Position numbers and translations under genes: made by a program. A stretch of DNA of 61,616 nt, counting the filler, from Sphacelaria rigidula (taxonomy: Eukaryota): NCBI GenBank assembly GCA_964200075.2. It is 11 parts of 11 records of this genome, joined end to end, with 100 filler letters (N's around TTAATTAATTAA, not from the genome) between each part and the next. Parts side by side here need not be neighbours in the genome. Positions count along the whole stretch, not along the records: positions 44,887 to 50,396 come from CAXNAA020026743.1; positions 50,497 to 56,006 come from CAXNAA020026744.1; positions 56,107 to 61,616 come from CAXNAA020026745.1; 8 more parts are not named here. One strand, given 5' to 3'. Of the stretch, positions 48,280 to 61,130 are shown piece by piece; position 1 is the stretch's first letter, and each line of letters starts with the position of its first letter. The notes under the pieces are model-generated. The model did not search any database and was not told the DNA's origin. It saw only the letters and a list, made by a program, of their open reading frames with translations.

Positions 48280-48443
48280 TCGAAGGGTATAGGAGCGAGC
48301 GGGGGCAAAGTCGTGCTCGGCATATCCATCCGCTGGACCATTGACTACTGCGAGGATGAGTTGACCGTCCATCCTCGAGGTTTGAAAGCGGGAGGCAGAG
48401 AGGGACGTCGTAAGTCCGGTTCCGCATATACGGGGATGCGTAC

Positions 48444-48605
48444 CTTGAAGGGATCATCTTCTTCTAGCAATCGGGTGAGCTCCCAGGGATCCCTTCGACC
48501 CAGCTGAAACAGCGAGTGTAAATCGAACAGGCCACGGCCGTCGCGCTTTCCCTCATCTTGTGCAGCAGCCTTCAACCACTTCACTCGCCGCGGCGTTTCC
48601 TCTGC
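48444..48605 (-). CDS. Possible exon of an unknown protein
   Basis: TTCTCGTAG acceptor and AAG|GTACGC donor bracket an open 54-codon frame (AEETPRRVKWL...EDDPFK). Confidence 0.4.
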
Positions 48606-49919
48606 CTACGAGAATATACATTTCAAGCATGAAAAGATACACGACAACAGGGGGTGTTTCAAGAGGACATTGGATCTTCAAGGGCGAACAATATTCAGAG
48701 GAACCGCGGGTATGAGGAGTCGCGTCATCCATTTTCGGCTCCCGATCTCCTTTCGAATATCAAGTATCATCGGCTGGGGTGAGGGGAACCGCGGGTCTGA
48801 GTAGTCACTCGACCCCTATGGGCGCACGACCTCATTTCGGAACATTATCGTCGGCTGGCCTTTAGTACCGGTAGCCCCGCCGAAACAGCCGACCAGCGCT
48901 TTTTTCAGAATTCCGCGCAAAATGGCAACGCATTGCCCCTACACAAACGCTGCGCCCCGGAGGCGGTCTACTTGAAACTGAAACCGGCTGGATCGGAAGC
49001 ATAATGCGGGTTCGGCTCCTGGCCGGTGCAGTAACATTGTTTCTCTGAGATGCGTCTGATTCCCGCCGTTGAAAGTGTCAGAAAATGAGTAGGAAAAAAA
49101 AGGGGCTTGCTCGGGGAGAGTCAACGCGGCGCCGGAGTGCTGCTGGTTCAAACCGCGACACCGAAATGCGAGGCGTGTATCGGGGGGGAGATTGGTTGGT
49201 TCCTTGAAGATACGGATCCAATTCTGAGGAAGGGGAGGGATTGACACCATGACGGGAAAAATAAAAGCAGAAAAAAAAGTGAGTCCCGAGGTACCCGGCC
49301 GTTCACTCACGTACACTAACGACTCAAGGCCATTCTTCACGATTGCGCTACTGGAAGCTGTCAATCGACTTTTCATTTTTCACCTTTCAAAAAAAAAGGA
49401 AAGCACAGTTTTAGGCTGAACGATTGAGGCCCACATCCTACGTCCCATATTCCATCACACGGGGCTGTGCGGACCCAAAACCGCAGGAAACAAGCAGCAG
49501 TGCTGTTTCTGGGGTGCTCACTTTCCATATTTGATTTAGATATGAACAACGCGATGAAAAAAATGCCATGCGCGTTCTCGAAAGAGAAAAAAACAATCAA
49601 GAGGAAAATCGTAGGCCATATTTTTCCTCGTGAGGAACGTTCCTTGATCATAGCACGCCCCCCCCCAGGAAAAAAAGAATGTAATGGACCAGCAAGGGTT
49701 CACCTGCAGTATCTAGGGCCCAAGAGCGTGAGAATACGGGAGACACTTGAGTAGAGGTGGATTGTTCTGAAGATGCAAAATGTGATGATGCCTATCACTA
49801 CCAAACCCGGTGCCGGGAACCCACTTCATGCCGGTAGTGATGTACAAGTCGATATTCCCGACATGAGGAAGAGTCCGTCATGACATCGGTCCTACCGCTT
49901 GTGCCCTCGAAATAAAAGA

Positions 49920-50170
49920 CAGTATATCGGCTATGGTACACAAAACTCGACTTCACGGTCGACGAGGGAAAGGGACCATTAAACCCCTCTCGCCATGAAA
50001 AAATAAGGCAAGCACCGCAGAGGGAAGGTGGAGAACTAAAACAAAATAAAAATAATAAAAACTTCTGCGTTGGCCTTCCTCCTGTGTGACCCCGGCTGAA
50101 GCGCCCACATATACCGAAAGGTGTAGACTGGCGTCCAGAATAGAAGGAATGACAACACACAATACGCATG
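49920..50170. repeat. Dispersed repeat family C; copies at 56115-56375 and 61175-61350
   Basis: CGACTTCACGGTCGACGAGGGAAAGGGAC...CCTTCCTCCTGTG...GCGCCCACATATACCGAAAGGTGTAGACTGG, ending in a CA-rich tract. Confidence 0.85.
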
Positions 50171-51786
50171 GTCCAGAGCCGAAAACATCGGAAATGGGAA
50201 AAGTCCGGCTCAAAATCGATTGAGACGTAACCGGGCCAACTTTACTGAAAATCTCGCCTTGGTTACAACCTCATGCTTCCTTCCTCGTTAGGATGAGTGG
50301 TTCCCCGTCTCAAGGGGGTCACCTAATCTCTCTCTCCCCCCCCCCCCCCCCCCCCGGGCCACAAGGGGGGTGGCGCTGGGCGGGGGGGGCGCCATANNNN
50401 NNNNNNNNNNNNNNNNNNNNNNNNNNNNNNNNNNNNNNNNTTAATTAATTAANNNNNNNNNNNNNNNNNNNNNNNNNNNNNNNNNNNNNNNNNNNNGGGG
50501 GGGGAAAGGGAATGGAATAGGAAACTGCCAGCTGCGAGATCATCTGCTGGACTACAGCGGAACTAGAGACGGATGCTGCGCAAAGGTGCCTATGCACTAC
50601 TACAGATCGCGATGTTCTGTTTCTTCACTGTATGTCGTTCAGTAACTCAGCGCCCTGCACAACCACCGCGCCACAGTTTGTTTGACACGGTAGCGAAAGG
50701 GCAATAGCTCAGTGCACAAGATTTTGGCATTCTACGCCCGTACACGCCAGCTTCTGCTCCCACCCGGTCAACCGTGACTTCACCAACCCCTACCGTGCGA
50801 GATTTTGACTTCGACCCTGGTTCGTTATACTTCTCTCGTAATCACTGATTTATCCGTGAGAGGAGAGGAGATGGACATGCATCTTACAAAACCGAATTTA
50901 ACTCCTCATTTTCTGATGATCTCCAGCACAAAAAAGATTTGTCTGCCCTTTGATTTTTCGCCCTCGGTCTCCACTCACCTCCTTGTGTTTTGACTACTGC
51001 GTTCCACCACCTTGGTTTGCTCCCGCCTTCGAGCTAGCTTCCTATTTTTTTTTTTCTACTTGCGGTTCTCCAATATACTTCCTCAGTTTCATAAGTTAGG
51101 GTACCTCAATTTGGATGGGCCCTCAACCGTGTCCGATCTGTTTTATTTTTATTTTTTTGTTAATATCTTCGGTGTTTTTCTAGTAAAAAAAATGTTCTTA
51201 TTTTTTCAGCAGATGCTAGAACGATGTGGCCGAAAATCAGTCGGCCCAAAAATGGTCGTATTTCACGCCTTTCCGACGGGAAAGAAAGTGTCGAAAACCC
51301 TTGTCGCCATTGCGTAGAGGCCACCAACCGATGTGTCGGCGCCCCGTTTGCGAGGTGAGGATGTGGTGGGGGGCGAGTCCATTGCTAGAATGGCGCAGTG
51401 GGCAGGTAGGGTACTAAATTTGGACGTTTTTGAGGAATGTTCGACAATTCTCAAGAATATTGTCAAACGACATTCTCAACAATATTCCCAAAATAGGCCA
51501 AAATAGGGTATATTTCAACCCATTTCAGGAAAAGGAATAGAATCCCGTTTTTTCTTTCTTTCTCTAGCTTCGTCTTCGTTTTATCTTTTTAACGAACCCA
51601 ACTATACTATCCCCACTGAGACGGTTGTACCCAGACAAGATATTGCCCATGAGTGCCCTAACATATGAGAGAGAGGGAGTATGTTTTTTCCATCTTCATT
51701 TCTTTTTTTCCGATATTTGTTTTCCTAATTATTACGCGGTTTTTTCCGTCTCTCGCCTTGGCATTTTGTTTTTGTTGTGTGGTCAC

Positions 51787-52567
51787 CTGTGTGTCGAAGT
51801 CTCGCAGAGGCGTGCCGCCAATCTCAACGTTCCCGACCAGTCGATTCCCACGCGCGGCGGGCACGCGGCCGGCGATCACATTCAGAAGCGACGATTTTCC
51901 GCTGACGAGGAGCAAAAAACAAAAAAACGCGAGAACAATTGGTGGGAGGATAAAACTGACAGCAAAAGCAATAGGTACAAGCAAAATTACAAGAAAGAGA
52001 GAGGGCTGGTCTTCGTCGTTTCTTCATGATCGATTGTTCGCTTGCTTGGCCTGCTTGATCTACTTGGCCCCAGCATGTGTTGCTTGGCCCTAGGCTTTAA
52101 CAAAAACAAGAGCATTTCCGAGCGTGAATTCCTGTCGCCGGGTTAGTGTATTCTAGCGTAAACTAGCGTAAACTAGGGAAGACCTGCGCCCCAGAGAGCA
52201 CACCACGCGCCTGCAAGACAAGTAAAAAATCGACGAAGATGGCGACAAAAAATGTAGGCAACGACGATGCGTACCTTGGCCGATTTCAAGATCTTCCAGA
52301 GTAAGGATAATTAGCCTTCGAAGTACTGTTCTGCACGAAGTCAGGCCGTCATAAGATCTTAACATTTTTCTTTCGGGGGTACACTTGTGGTAGTCAAGAG
52401 TTCAAAATAAGCCGATCCGTCAAGCTTTCCCCACAAGCGCGCGCACAAAAAAGGTAGACAAAGTGGAGAACATCTCGTCTACGCGTTACCTGCCGCTGGG
52501 TCCCATGATAGCTAGGAGTCGTCCAGGCAAGGCCTCTCCACTTGCGTCAAGTAGCACATGCTCCCGC
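51787..52567 (-). CDS. ABCG (White-type) ABC transporter, two nucleotide-binding-domain exons (52567-52490 and 51901-51787)
   Basis: Spliced product [38 protein letters not shown]...GNVEIGG; Walker A is split by a phase-2 GT-AG intron. Confidence 0.88.
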
Positions 52568-53859
52568 CTGATATGAGAGCAAAAAATCGAACGTTCGCGT
52601 AGAGAGATATCTGTCTTCACATAGGGAAATACGCGAAGGAGAGGCACCGAGCTCATCAGTCAAAGGTACGGGTCGTTATATAGTACGTTAACTAAAACCA
52701 GCTATTTTTTCGCTATCTTCCATGATTCTTGAACGGATTTAGTCCGGGATTTTGGTGTTGGTGTACACACGTGCGCTACTCGAGCCCCATGTACCGCGGA
52801 GAGGTCAACAGGATTGAAATGTTTGGGTATTCTTCTGTGCAGGCTCGGTCTGAGCTTCATATCCCTGCGCTAGCTGGCTACAGTCCACTTTAGGACAGAA
52901 TATCGATGATATTTTCACAAGCACCATGTCATCATGAAGCAAGCTTACGGTATACCTTCGAAAGCGGTGCTCTAGCACACGGGGTTGCACACGCAAGAGA
53001 TATATACGTTTACGTTAGCTGTCTGATGTCCCGTGTGTAGAGTGCGCTTGGTCGTGTTCGCCATCGCACGCATCTCCGAACAATTTCTGTCGCGGTACCG
53101 GCTGTATCTTTACCGCAAGATGCGCCAACCCTGGCCAGGCGGTGGGCATCGCGTGAGTACTGTCTGTACGGCACCGATCAACACGAGCCATCCAGAACAA
53201 AAGCGCAACGACCAACAATAGGTAGCCAGTAGCATTGATGCTGGTATAGTCATTTTCTCGGGGTAGGGCCGTCCGGGCAGCATGAACAACGCACAACGAC
53301 GACGATAGCACCGTCTTATCTCGTGCCCCGTATCCAAAGCCGCGTGCAGGATAGCCGCGTGCAGGATATGGAAGCAAGCTCAGCGCGATTAGAGACTTCA
53401 ACGCCAACCCCGGCCGCCGCAACCATACCGCAAGTACAACGACGCTCATAGCGAACGTTTGGTGCACCAAGCCGTAATCGGAAAGAAAGAGCACCCCTTG
53501 TGAGGCCGTTGTTGTCCTGCATACCATTTCTCTACAGCACGGTCCTGTGCTGCGACTGCGGGCTGCAGAAGGTCGACAAAAACAAGTGTGACGGAGTCCA
53601 TTCTAAAACCAAGGTTGCGCCATGCAATGCGTTACAAAATGTAGAGCCTGGTAACTATTTTAATCAAAATTATATGAAACGAGTGTATGCGTTAACTAAT
53701 TTGACCCGTACCTGTGAATCCAACGCCATGTTGAAACAGGAAAGGTTAAAGGTTTCGACACAACTTACATATTCTTCATAATTGCACTGGTCCAATCGCT
53801 CAGACTCAGTCAGAAGAGAGAATTTTTGACTCAATGCGCCAAAAGAGTGATGGGTCTCA

Positions 53860-54027
53860 TCAACCCCTTGAAGACCAGACTCCCAGACACAGGGTATTTG
53901 GACGCAGGGAGCTTTTTGTGAATCGGCATCATTTTCACCTAAAAACGACCGAAAATGATGTCGATTCCCAAAAAGGGTCCCGCGCGCAAACACTATGTTT
54001 CTGGGAGTCCGGTCCCAGAAGGTTTAA
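53860..54027. mobile_element. piggyBac-type palindromic MITE, longer variant
   Basis: TCAA-CCCCTT...AAGGT-TTAA ends; ~75-bp inverted arms ending in GAATCGGCATCATTTTC. Confidence 0.7.
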
Positions 54028-54139
54028 CGGAGCAATTTTTTCAGATTTTGCCGACTTTTTCCGAAAAACTGGATTTTTTTTCAGACTTCTCCGAAAATGT
54101 TGAAAGCCAGATTTGACGCTATACTTTCGGAGAAATCTG

Positions 54140-54400
54140 TCTAATGCATCAAACGATTCCATGCTATCTTCGTTCGCGTCCCGCATTTCCCCCTCTAGCA
54201 CGTCCTGTTCCTCCTTGTACAATTCACATTCTGCCACTATATGACTCCTGCTCTCTATTCCTTTGCCCCAGCGGCAATTCTGTGCATCTACTTCCTCCTC
54301 CACTCGACGACTGGTAAATCTCTTTCTTCTTTCTGGCAGGTCCAGGTCCCCCACCCGAAATCGCAGTTTCATATTTTTCGCAGCGTCCATTGGGCCAAAT
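54140..54400 (-). mobile_element. LINE family B ORF2 fragment with a CCHC-type motif
   Basis: KLRFRVGDLDLPERR...NCRWGKGIESRSHIVAECELY..MESFDALD. Confidence 0.7.
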
Positions 54401-54519
54401 GCATGATTACATCTCATGGTGGGGAGGGGCAAATGAAGATGACCTGCTGTGCACGCTGAGTGCGAGTTGGGCCTCCTGGGGTATGCTAATGTTTTCGGGG
54501 CTGCACGCAAGTCTATGCT

Positions 54520-55260
54520 TCACGACACGAAAATAGGCAGTATGGCACGGTGCTCTCGGGTGGGCAGGTGGCTCACTACCAGGAGAAGGCTGAACGGTTT
54601 GGCGAATATGAGGCGTCCTCGAACGGCGGCCGAGCTGATACAGTCTCTGCAGGCCGTGAACTGGCAGCGGATGTCTCTGCCGCGCCTGGCTGGAATGGTG
54701 GAACCACCACGTGTCCTGCTAGAGGAGCACATGGCGGGCAACGTGCACCGTACTAAGCGGGTCGCTACAAACAGGACGGTCGAGAACGCGACGTGGACAT
54801 TTGAGCGTGCGCAAGCTTGGACTGCGGCGCAAGCTTTGGTGGCACATGTTGTTGCTCCTTCATATCCCAAGAAGGGGCAACGAGGTGTTGATGTTTCCCG
54901 ACGCGCCTAATCTTCATTGGGGCGATTTCATGGCAGAGGTACCCAGAGACAGGATGGACCGCGATGTCGCGGTGGAGGACCATGAATCATAAGCCGCTGG
55001 GATTTTTGAGCGAAACATCGCGTGGAGCACAGCTGTGATGGTCCACGGTGACGTGAGTGCATTTCGTGGGATGGGTTATCTCTTGTGGGATGGAGTGACC
55101 ATATTTATCCACCATCATCGCAATCTCGCCTATGTTCTCGACCCTGAACGTGCGTGATATCAGTGTCGAAGACTGCTGCCCAGTCCCTTCACCAATGGAA
55201 GACTGTGCTCCCCTAGTATGACTATTCGATCAGGCACATTGCTGGTGAGCGTAATTGCTG
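54520..55260 (+). mobile_element. Gypsy RT C-terminus / RNase H remnant
   Basis: GLANMRRPRTAAELIQSLQAVNWQR..WT..AW..VLMFPDA..WG; PLGFLS...GAQL*WSTV. Confidence 0.75.
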
Positions 55261-55675
55261 ATGATATTCACTGCCACGGTAGGTGAATGTCCCAGCGGTA
55301 TTCGTGCGAACCATCGCTGTTTTCGCGAGCGGGGAGCCTGATGAAACGGTATTTCACGCTCATCTTGGAGGGAGGGATGTACTAGACTATAAGTTGCAAA
55401 CTGCTGTTTCTCGAGCAGACAGGAGACAGCGTCAAGCGTCAAGCAGCTGCACGCTAGGTCGAAGGGCCTCATATAGAGGAATGACGGCACCACCCCAAAC
55501 CTCATTCTGGGGCGGTAGGAGGGGAGGGGGGGGGGGGGGGCGGCCGGGGGGCCCCGTTGGAAGGGGGGGGGGGGGGGGAGGGGGGCGGGGGGGGGAAAGG
55601 NNNNNNNNNNCAAGCGGGGCCCCGGCGGGGGGGGGGGCCCAAGGGGGGGGGGGGGGGCCCCCCCCCCCCCCCCCT

Positions 55676-55713
<38 letters not shown>

Positions 55714-56375
55714 GCCTGGGTACCCTATTTGAATAGGGGGGTACCCCCCTGACCGATGGATGATGGCGATAGTAGTTGCTGTGTGTGCGCGCATCGGTCT
55801 CAGAACACACACCATGTACATAAAATATGCTGCTTGCTGCTGTGTTCGACACTGCGCACCAACCGCAGCATGACGCGTTCGGCGGTACTACCTGCTCACT
55901 GTACAGCGGCAGGGTGCAGGGTGACAAAGCACACCGCAGGACGTCACATCCTTAGCCTACCCCTGCCCTGCATTGATTTCGCGCTGTCCTATGTAGTTCG
56001 CCACATNNNNNNNNNNNNNNNNNNNNNNNNNNNNNNNNNNNNNNNNNNNNTTAATTAATTAANNNNNNNNNNNNNNNNNNNNNNNNNNNNNNNNNNNNNN
56101 NNNNNNCTCACACCATGCCCAGCAGTGGATAGCGACTATGTCGTGGGTACACACAATTCGACTTCACGGTCGACGAGGGAAAGGGACTGCTGAACCACTC
56201 TCGCGACAAAAAATAAAAAGGCAAGCACCGCAGAAGGAAGGTGGCACTAAAAAAATATAAAAAAGAAAAAAACTCCTGTGTTGACCTTCCTCCTGTGCCG
56301 GCTGCTGCGCCCACATATACCGAAAGGTGTAGACTGGTGCTCAAAATAAATGGGACGTCAACACACACAACACAC

Positions 56376-56545
56376 CACACCCTGGACAATATGTGGTCAA
56401 TACTTGAAATACACAATAAACGTACTGCATAAAGTATAGGCCTATTGCGACTATTGTCGGCCGGCAATACTTGCAATAGGCCTATACTTTATGCAGTACG
56501 TTTATTGTGTATTGCAAGTATTGACCACATATTTTCCAGGGTGTG
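56376..56545. mobile_element. Near-perfect 170-bp hairpin MITE
   Basis: CACACCCTGG...CCAGGGTGTG; ~75-bp arms with few mismatches. Confidence 0.85.
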
Positions 56546-56575
56546 CAGCACACACAGCATACATAGTAGAACGCC

Positions 56576-56681
56576 CTAACCCTCAGACCGCGAGGTTAGT
56601 CTTCTGTTGAATCGGCATCAATTTCAAGTGAAAAAAAGTATGCATGATCCAGAAAGACTCATCTCGCGGTCAAAGGGTTAA
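56576..56681. mobile_element. piggyBac-type MITE (~98 bp)
   Basis: CTAA-CCCTCAGACCGCGAGG...CTCGCGGTCAAAGGG-TTAA. Confidence 0.85.
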
Positions 56682-56843
56682 CCAGTGGAAAAAATTGAAA
56701 AAAATCAACCTGACCCACTTCGTTTTGTTGATTATGCCTTAGAGAGCGCCCACACAAGATTTCAATACACAAACACCCAACGTGGGCCGGTAAATGGCAT
56801 GCTAAATATTGTTCCGATTTTCTTCTGACCTTGTCACTAAACC

Positions 56844-57108
56844 GCCCACTAAGGGGCCAATAATACTTGGAGTTGGACCCTGAAATTTAGTATAGACAAT
56901 GAGTTGGGCAAAATAAAAAAACATTAATGGCGCACACAACGTGTTTTTTTCATGAGTTAAGGGCAATCATCAGTTTTCAGATATCGGTAAAATGCCCCCA
57001 ACTCTTGGGAAAAAAAAAAGTGTGCGCCAGCAATTTTTTTATTATACCCTACTCATTGTCCATACCAAATTTCAGGGTCCAACTCCAAGCATTGGCCGTA
57101 TAATGGGC
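56844..57108. repeat. Foldback / MITE with ~90-bp inverted arms
   Basis: CTTGGAGTTGGACCCTGAAATTT and AAATTTCAGGGTCCAACTCCAAG are exact reverse complements. Confidence 0.8.
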
Positions 57109-59211
57109 CTGCAAACTGCAGAATCGTTTCTCGGCTGGCGCAGCTCGTAGCAATTTCGATCTTTGTGAAGAGTATGAAGTCTTGATCGTTCTTGAGGCAG
57201 TCACGGCTACAGTCTTGGCAGGAGAGAGGTTGCTCGTAAGGGGGTGCTATACTCCGTTACAGAGAGGTACAACTGCTGTAGAGTCGCTGCTTGTGAGTTA
57301 TATTTCGCGGCATGACATGTACGCCCCAACGCCCTGGATTGTCTTTACCGTACCCACTCGCTGGACTTTTTTGTTGTACTGTGATACTGTAATGAAGTCC
57401 CCTGCATAGACAGTGCACAGTCCATTGCACGTCGCCTCAACCTCTTCTGTCTTGCGAAGAAAGGAGAAGACCCCCGATCAGTGCCTTGCAACAGCTGAGG
57501 CCATACATACAACAGAGAATCTCTACCAGTACTTGCTGCCCGTTGCTGGCAAGACCGTGCCTGGACAGCGTGCAGAGCGGCCCTACAGCATTCGTCAAGG
57601 TATCAGCAGGCACATGACCTACGTGGCCTACGTGAGCGATAATATTTTCTGTAAGCGCTGTCACTTTTGCCTTTTGTGCAGGACCGGGTCGTCGCTCAGC
57701 ACTGCAGGACTAGCGGGACTGGAGCTCAAGATTGCAGGCAAGATTTATTTCCATCTCAGCACGCAGACAGACACTGAAGCACGTGCAGAGATCCCTAAGG
57801 TTGAGCCGCACAACACAGTTGATCAGAGACACTTCCACATCCTACGACACTGTACTGTGCAGGGGTGTCACATATCAAGACCAAGTCTCAAGTGTTGCGA
57901 CTGCGGCAGTAGTCGGGAGGTCAACGTCCTGCGTTGTGTGCGGTTGCGGGAGAGAGGTTCATGGCTGAGACGAAGTTTGTGCGAGTTGCTCATGGGGCAG
58001 AAGCTCACTACGTGGCCCTGTACGGCGGCCTACACCCGCAGGAAGGATCTAGGTGTGTATCCCGCATGGCATGGGGTTCGATGCTGTATTGTTGGTGTTG
58101 CAAACAGTGAAGCGCTGCATTCTCCGCATTATCTCATTCGTGGATCCTTTGAGATCATGGGCCTTTTCCCTGTTGTTGTCACCTCCTTACCTCTTTGGGT
58201 CAATTTTACCGAGACGTGAAATAAGAAGAAAGGTATCTTGCCCGCCCACAACGACCAGCTGCTTGCGTGATACCGAGGAGAGAGACAAAAACGGGCGTTC
58301 TGAGATGTTTCTTTCCGCGGTGGACGTAGCGGAAACAGTCCTAGAAATCTAGAAATCTCAACAGACGCAACTGAAAAACGTAACTGAAACACGTTCAACG
58401 TTCAACCTACGAGTACACAACACACAGCATATGTTGAGCAAACACGCAAAACACCCACAGCAGAAGCGCAGCATGCCTCTTGCTCTTGAATATACCCTGT
58501 TTCTTCACGGCAATCCGTTCGGTCTTGAAAAATGGGCGGCCGTGTGTGTGTGTGTGTGTGTGTGTTATGTGTCGTCATCCCTATCTATTGTGGGCGCCTG
58601 TCTACTATTATACTGTTATGAGTAGGAATGGGGGCCCTAACGACCAAAAATCGGCACAAGATTTAAAAGACGAGATAACGCGGAGGAATAATGAACCCGT
58701 TAGTAGATGGTCGGACCTGTGCCGAGGCCCTCACAAATAGAACACACACTTCATCACTCATTCAGTTGGTGTAGTATGGGAATGCTGTAGCACTGGAGAT
58801 CGCGCATTTCTCGACACGGGAAGCAAGCCGGTCCACGGCACTTGACAGCCCCCCGCATACACACAAGATCTAGGAGCCCACAATTGGTATTTTGCTGGCG
58901 TCGCGTCAGCGGCACGAAAATCCCCTCTCAGAGCAGAAAACACCTTATTTTAGTATATTTAGGTCATGTGCGAGTCAGCATCACGCGCAAGGGCAACAAC
59001 TAAACGTTGCGACATAGCTTGGGTGTGTGGGAAGCGCACGCAAGAAACCTCAGTCGAATCCCTCACCTTCGGTGCGCGATCGGCACTTTCGGGTTGAGGA
59101 TCAGTAGCGTATTTCGAGGTCGAAGATGGCAAATTCGAAAAAATCGGTGCGCATACTACTTGTCCTCCTGCTAGCAAGTTGTAACAACATGCACTTGGAT
59201 TGCGTGCCCCT

Positions 59212-59720
59212 AGGCGCTGCTTTGTTCTGAGCGGCTGTGCACAAAGGGCAAATTCGCCTTTCAACGGCGAGTATCCTTTGAAGTGTCGAATTACAGAGGT
59301 AGAGTTGACAGAAGAAGGACAGAGCTGGCGGCTGCTTCATGTCAGGGCTGCAGTGCAGAAGCCAAGGCGTCAAGAGCGATTTTAGTACGAGTATGCGCGT
59401 TACGACTAAATGTGCGGAAATAATGATAATACTAATATAAAATCTCCGGGTGACCGCGGTTATGTATTTAGTAGCTGTCTCTATATATTATTATATTAAC
59501 AGTATCAGAATCAGATGCACACTATACAATGTTTGACAAGCCTCGTTTTGGGCTGCGTGTTTTTCTTCTTGCGGTGAGCAGTGTGTGATGGACGGCATTT
59601 CACTTCATGGCATGCCACCAGGTGCTGCTGCTTTGTTCTGTACGGCTGTGCACGAAGGGCAACTTCACCTTTCAACAGCGAGTACCCTCCATGTATTGAG
59701 TTGCAGAGATTGAGGTCACA
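59212..59720. repeat. Diverged direct duplication (~100 bp at ~59212 and ~59625)
   Basis: GCTGCTTTGTTCTG..CGGCTGTGCAC.AAGGGCAA.TTC.CCTTTCAAC.GCGAGTA occurs twice. Confidence 0.7.
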
Positions 59721-60129
59721 CATGAACTGTACACATATTCGTACATACTGAAAATGGCGGAAAAATGACGGTAAAGATGTTGATCTGGAAAGAGAGAGCC
59801 AGACCGTGCCCAAGCGACTGACGAGAAGGGATTCCTTCCACTCATGCCATGACCCTGACCCCATAAGGCCCATGAGAAATTCACTCTCCAATCCCGCTGT
59901 CACAGCTGTGTGTAGGACGTGCAGCGCGTAGTCAATCCGCACAGCATGAGCCTCTTGATCGTCAACATCATCAGCATCGTTCTCAGTAGTTTTCGGATGC
60001 GCAACGCTGCTGCTCATGATCTCCAAATTCCCGTATTTTCTCGTTCTAGCACCATGTCAGGCTCGCCTTTCACTGAAGTTACATTGGTGTGTTGTAATGC
60101 GTGAGAGGACCGCGTGCTTAGAGCCCTTC

Positions 60130-60336
60130 TTAACCCTTAGACCGCGAGGTTAGTCTTTCTTGATCATGCATACTTTTCTTCACTTGAAATTGATGCCGAT
60201 TCAACACAAGACTAACCTCGCGGTCTAAGGGTTAACCCTTAAACCGCGAGATTAGTCTTTCTAGATCATGCATACTTTTTTCACTTGAAAATGATGCCGA
60301 TTCAACAGAAGACTAACCTCGCGGTCGAAGGGTTAA
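60130..60336. mobile_element. Head-to-tail dimer of the piggyBac-type MITE sharing one TTAA
   Basis: TTAA at 60130, 60232 and 60333 bracket two ~98-bp CCCTTA...AAGGG units. Confidence 0.9.
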
Positions 60337-60561
60337 TGGAGGGGATAATCCCCTTTTTTTAAAACACCCGGTGATCGGTCGCTGCGATACCAACCCCCCC
60401 CAAAAATCCCCTCAACGTGCACGGAAATCCCCTCTGGAGAGAGGATTTCAGAAGAGTACAAGAACACTTCCGCTAACACTAACCCTAAACTCCACCATGG
60501 GGATGTTCAAATTCCGATGCGTCCTCGAAGGGCCCTTCCCCTTCTTAACGAAGGGGATTAT

Positions 60562-61130
60562 CCCCTTTTCACAATCCCTTCTTGACAGGGGATTGGCACC
60601 ATAACGACCAGTCCCGAGTCCTATCGACAAGCAGGTTTGTACAGATTGGAACCCAGATCTGCACGCAGATTGAGAAACGCGGCGGGTATAAAAGTGGTCG
60701 TTAGTCCAAGCAGGTCCAAGGTTCAACAGACGTTACCAACTGGTCGGAACAAATGGTTGAAATTAAAACATACTCATTTCAGTGTTAGTCGAGGCGATGG
60801 ATGAAACCACCAACATATACAGGTGAGCAGTGGTGAGCAATAGACCCAGCTTGTCCAGAACGTGTTTTCAAAATCGGCTGAAAGGCGTCGATTTGAGCTC
60901 TGGTAACGCACACTTTGCCTAGGGAATACTTTGCACCTCCTTGCCCGAGCGTTCTCGGTATGCCTTGGTCGGGGTTAGGGTTAGGGTTAGCGTTAGGGTT
61001 GGCGGCATCTCAATAGTGCTTCAACCATTTTTTCCGACCAGTTGGTAACGAGGCATCTCTCGATACGTGGGACTCAGGACTGGTCGTTATGAAGCCAATC
61101 CCCTGTCAAGAGGGGATTGTGAAAAAGGGG
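60562..61130. mobile_element. Nested foldback element with internal TTAGGG repeats
   Basis: Outer inverted repeat 60562-60620 / 61069-61130; inner CGTTACCAACTGGTCGGAA / TTCCGACCAGTTGGTAACG; GGGTTAGGGTTAGGGTTAGCGTTAGGG at ~60972-60998. Confidence 0.75.

Noticed and set aside
53015..53527. First exon of the ABCG gene
   Set aside because: Hydrophobic and on the correct strand, but I could not establish a phase-consistent splice to exon 52567
55230..55927. Pro/Gly-rich ORFs (formin or extensin-like)
   Set aside because: They derive from low-quality poly-G sequence around an N gap
57413..58219. 268-aa ORF
   Set aside because: No recognisable domain; only a faint hAT-like SxVFS hint on the opposite strand, too weak to call
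60970..61000. True telomere
   Set aside because: Only ~4 imperfect units, internal to a contig and inside a foldback element
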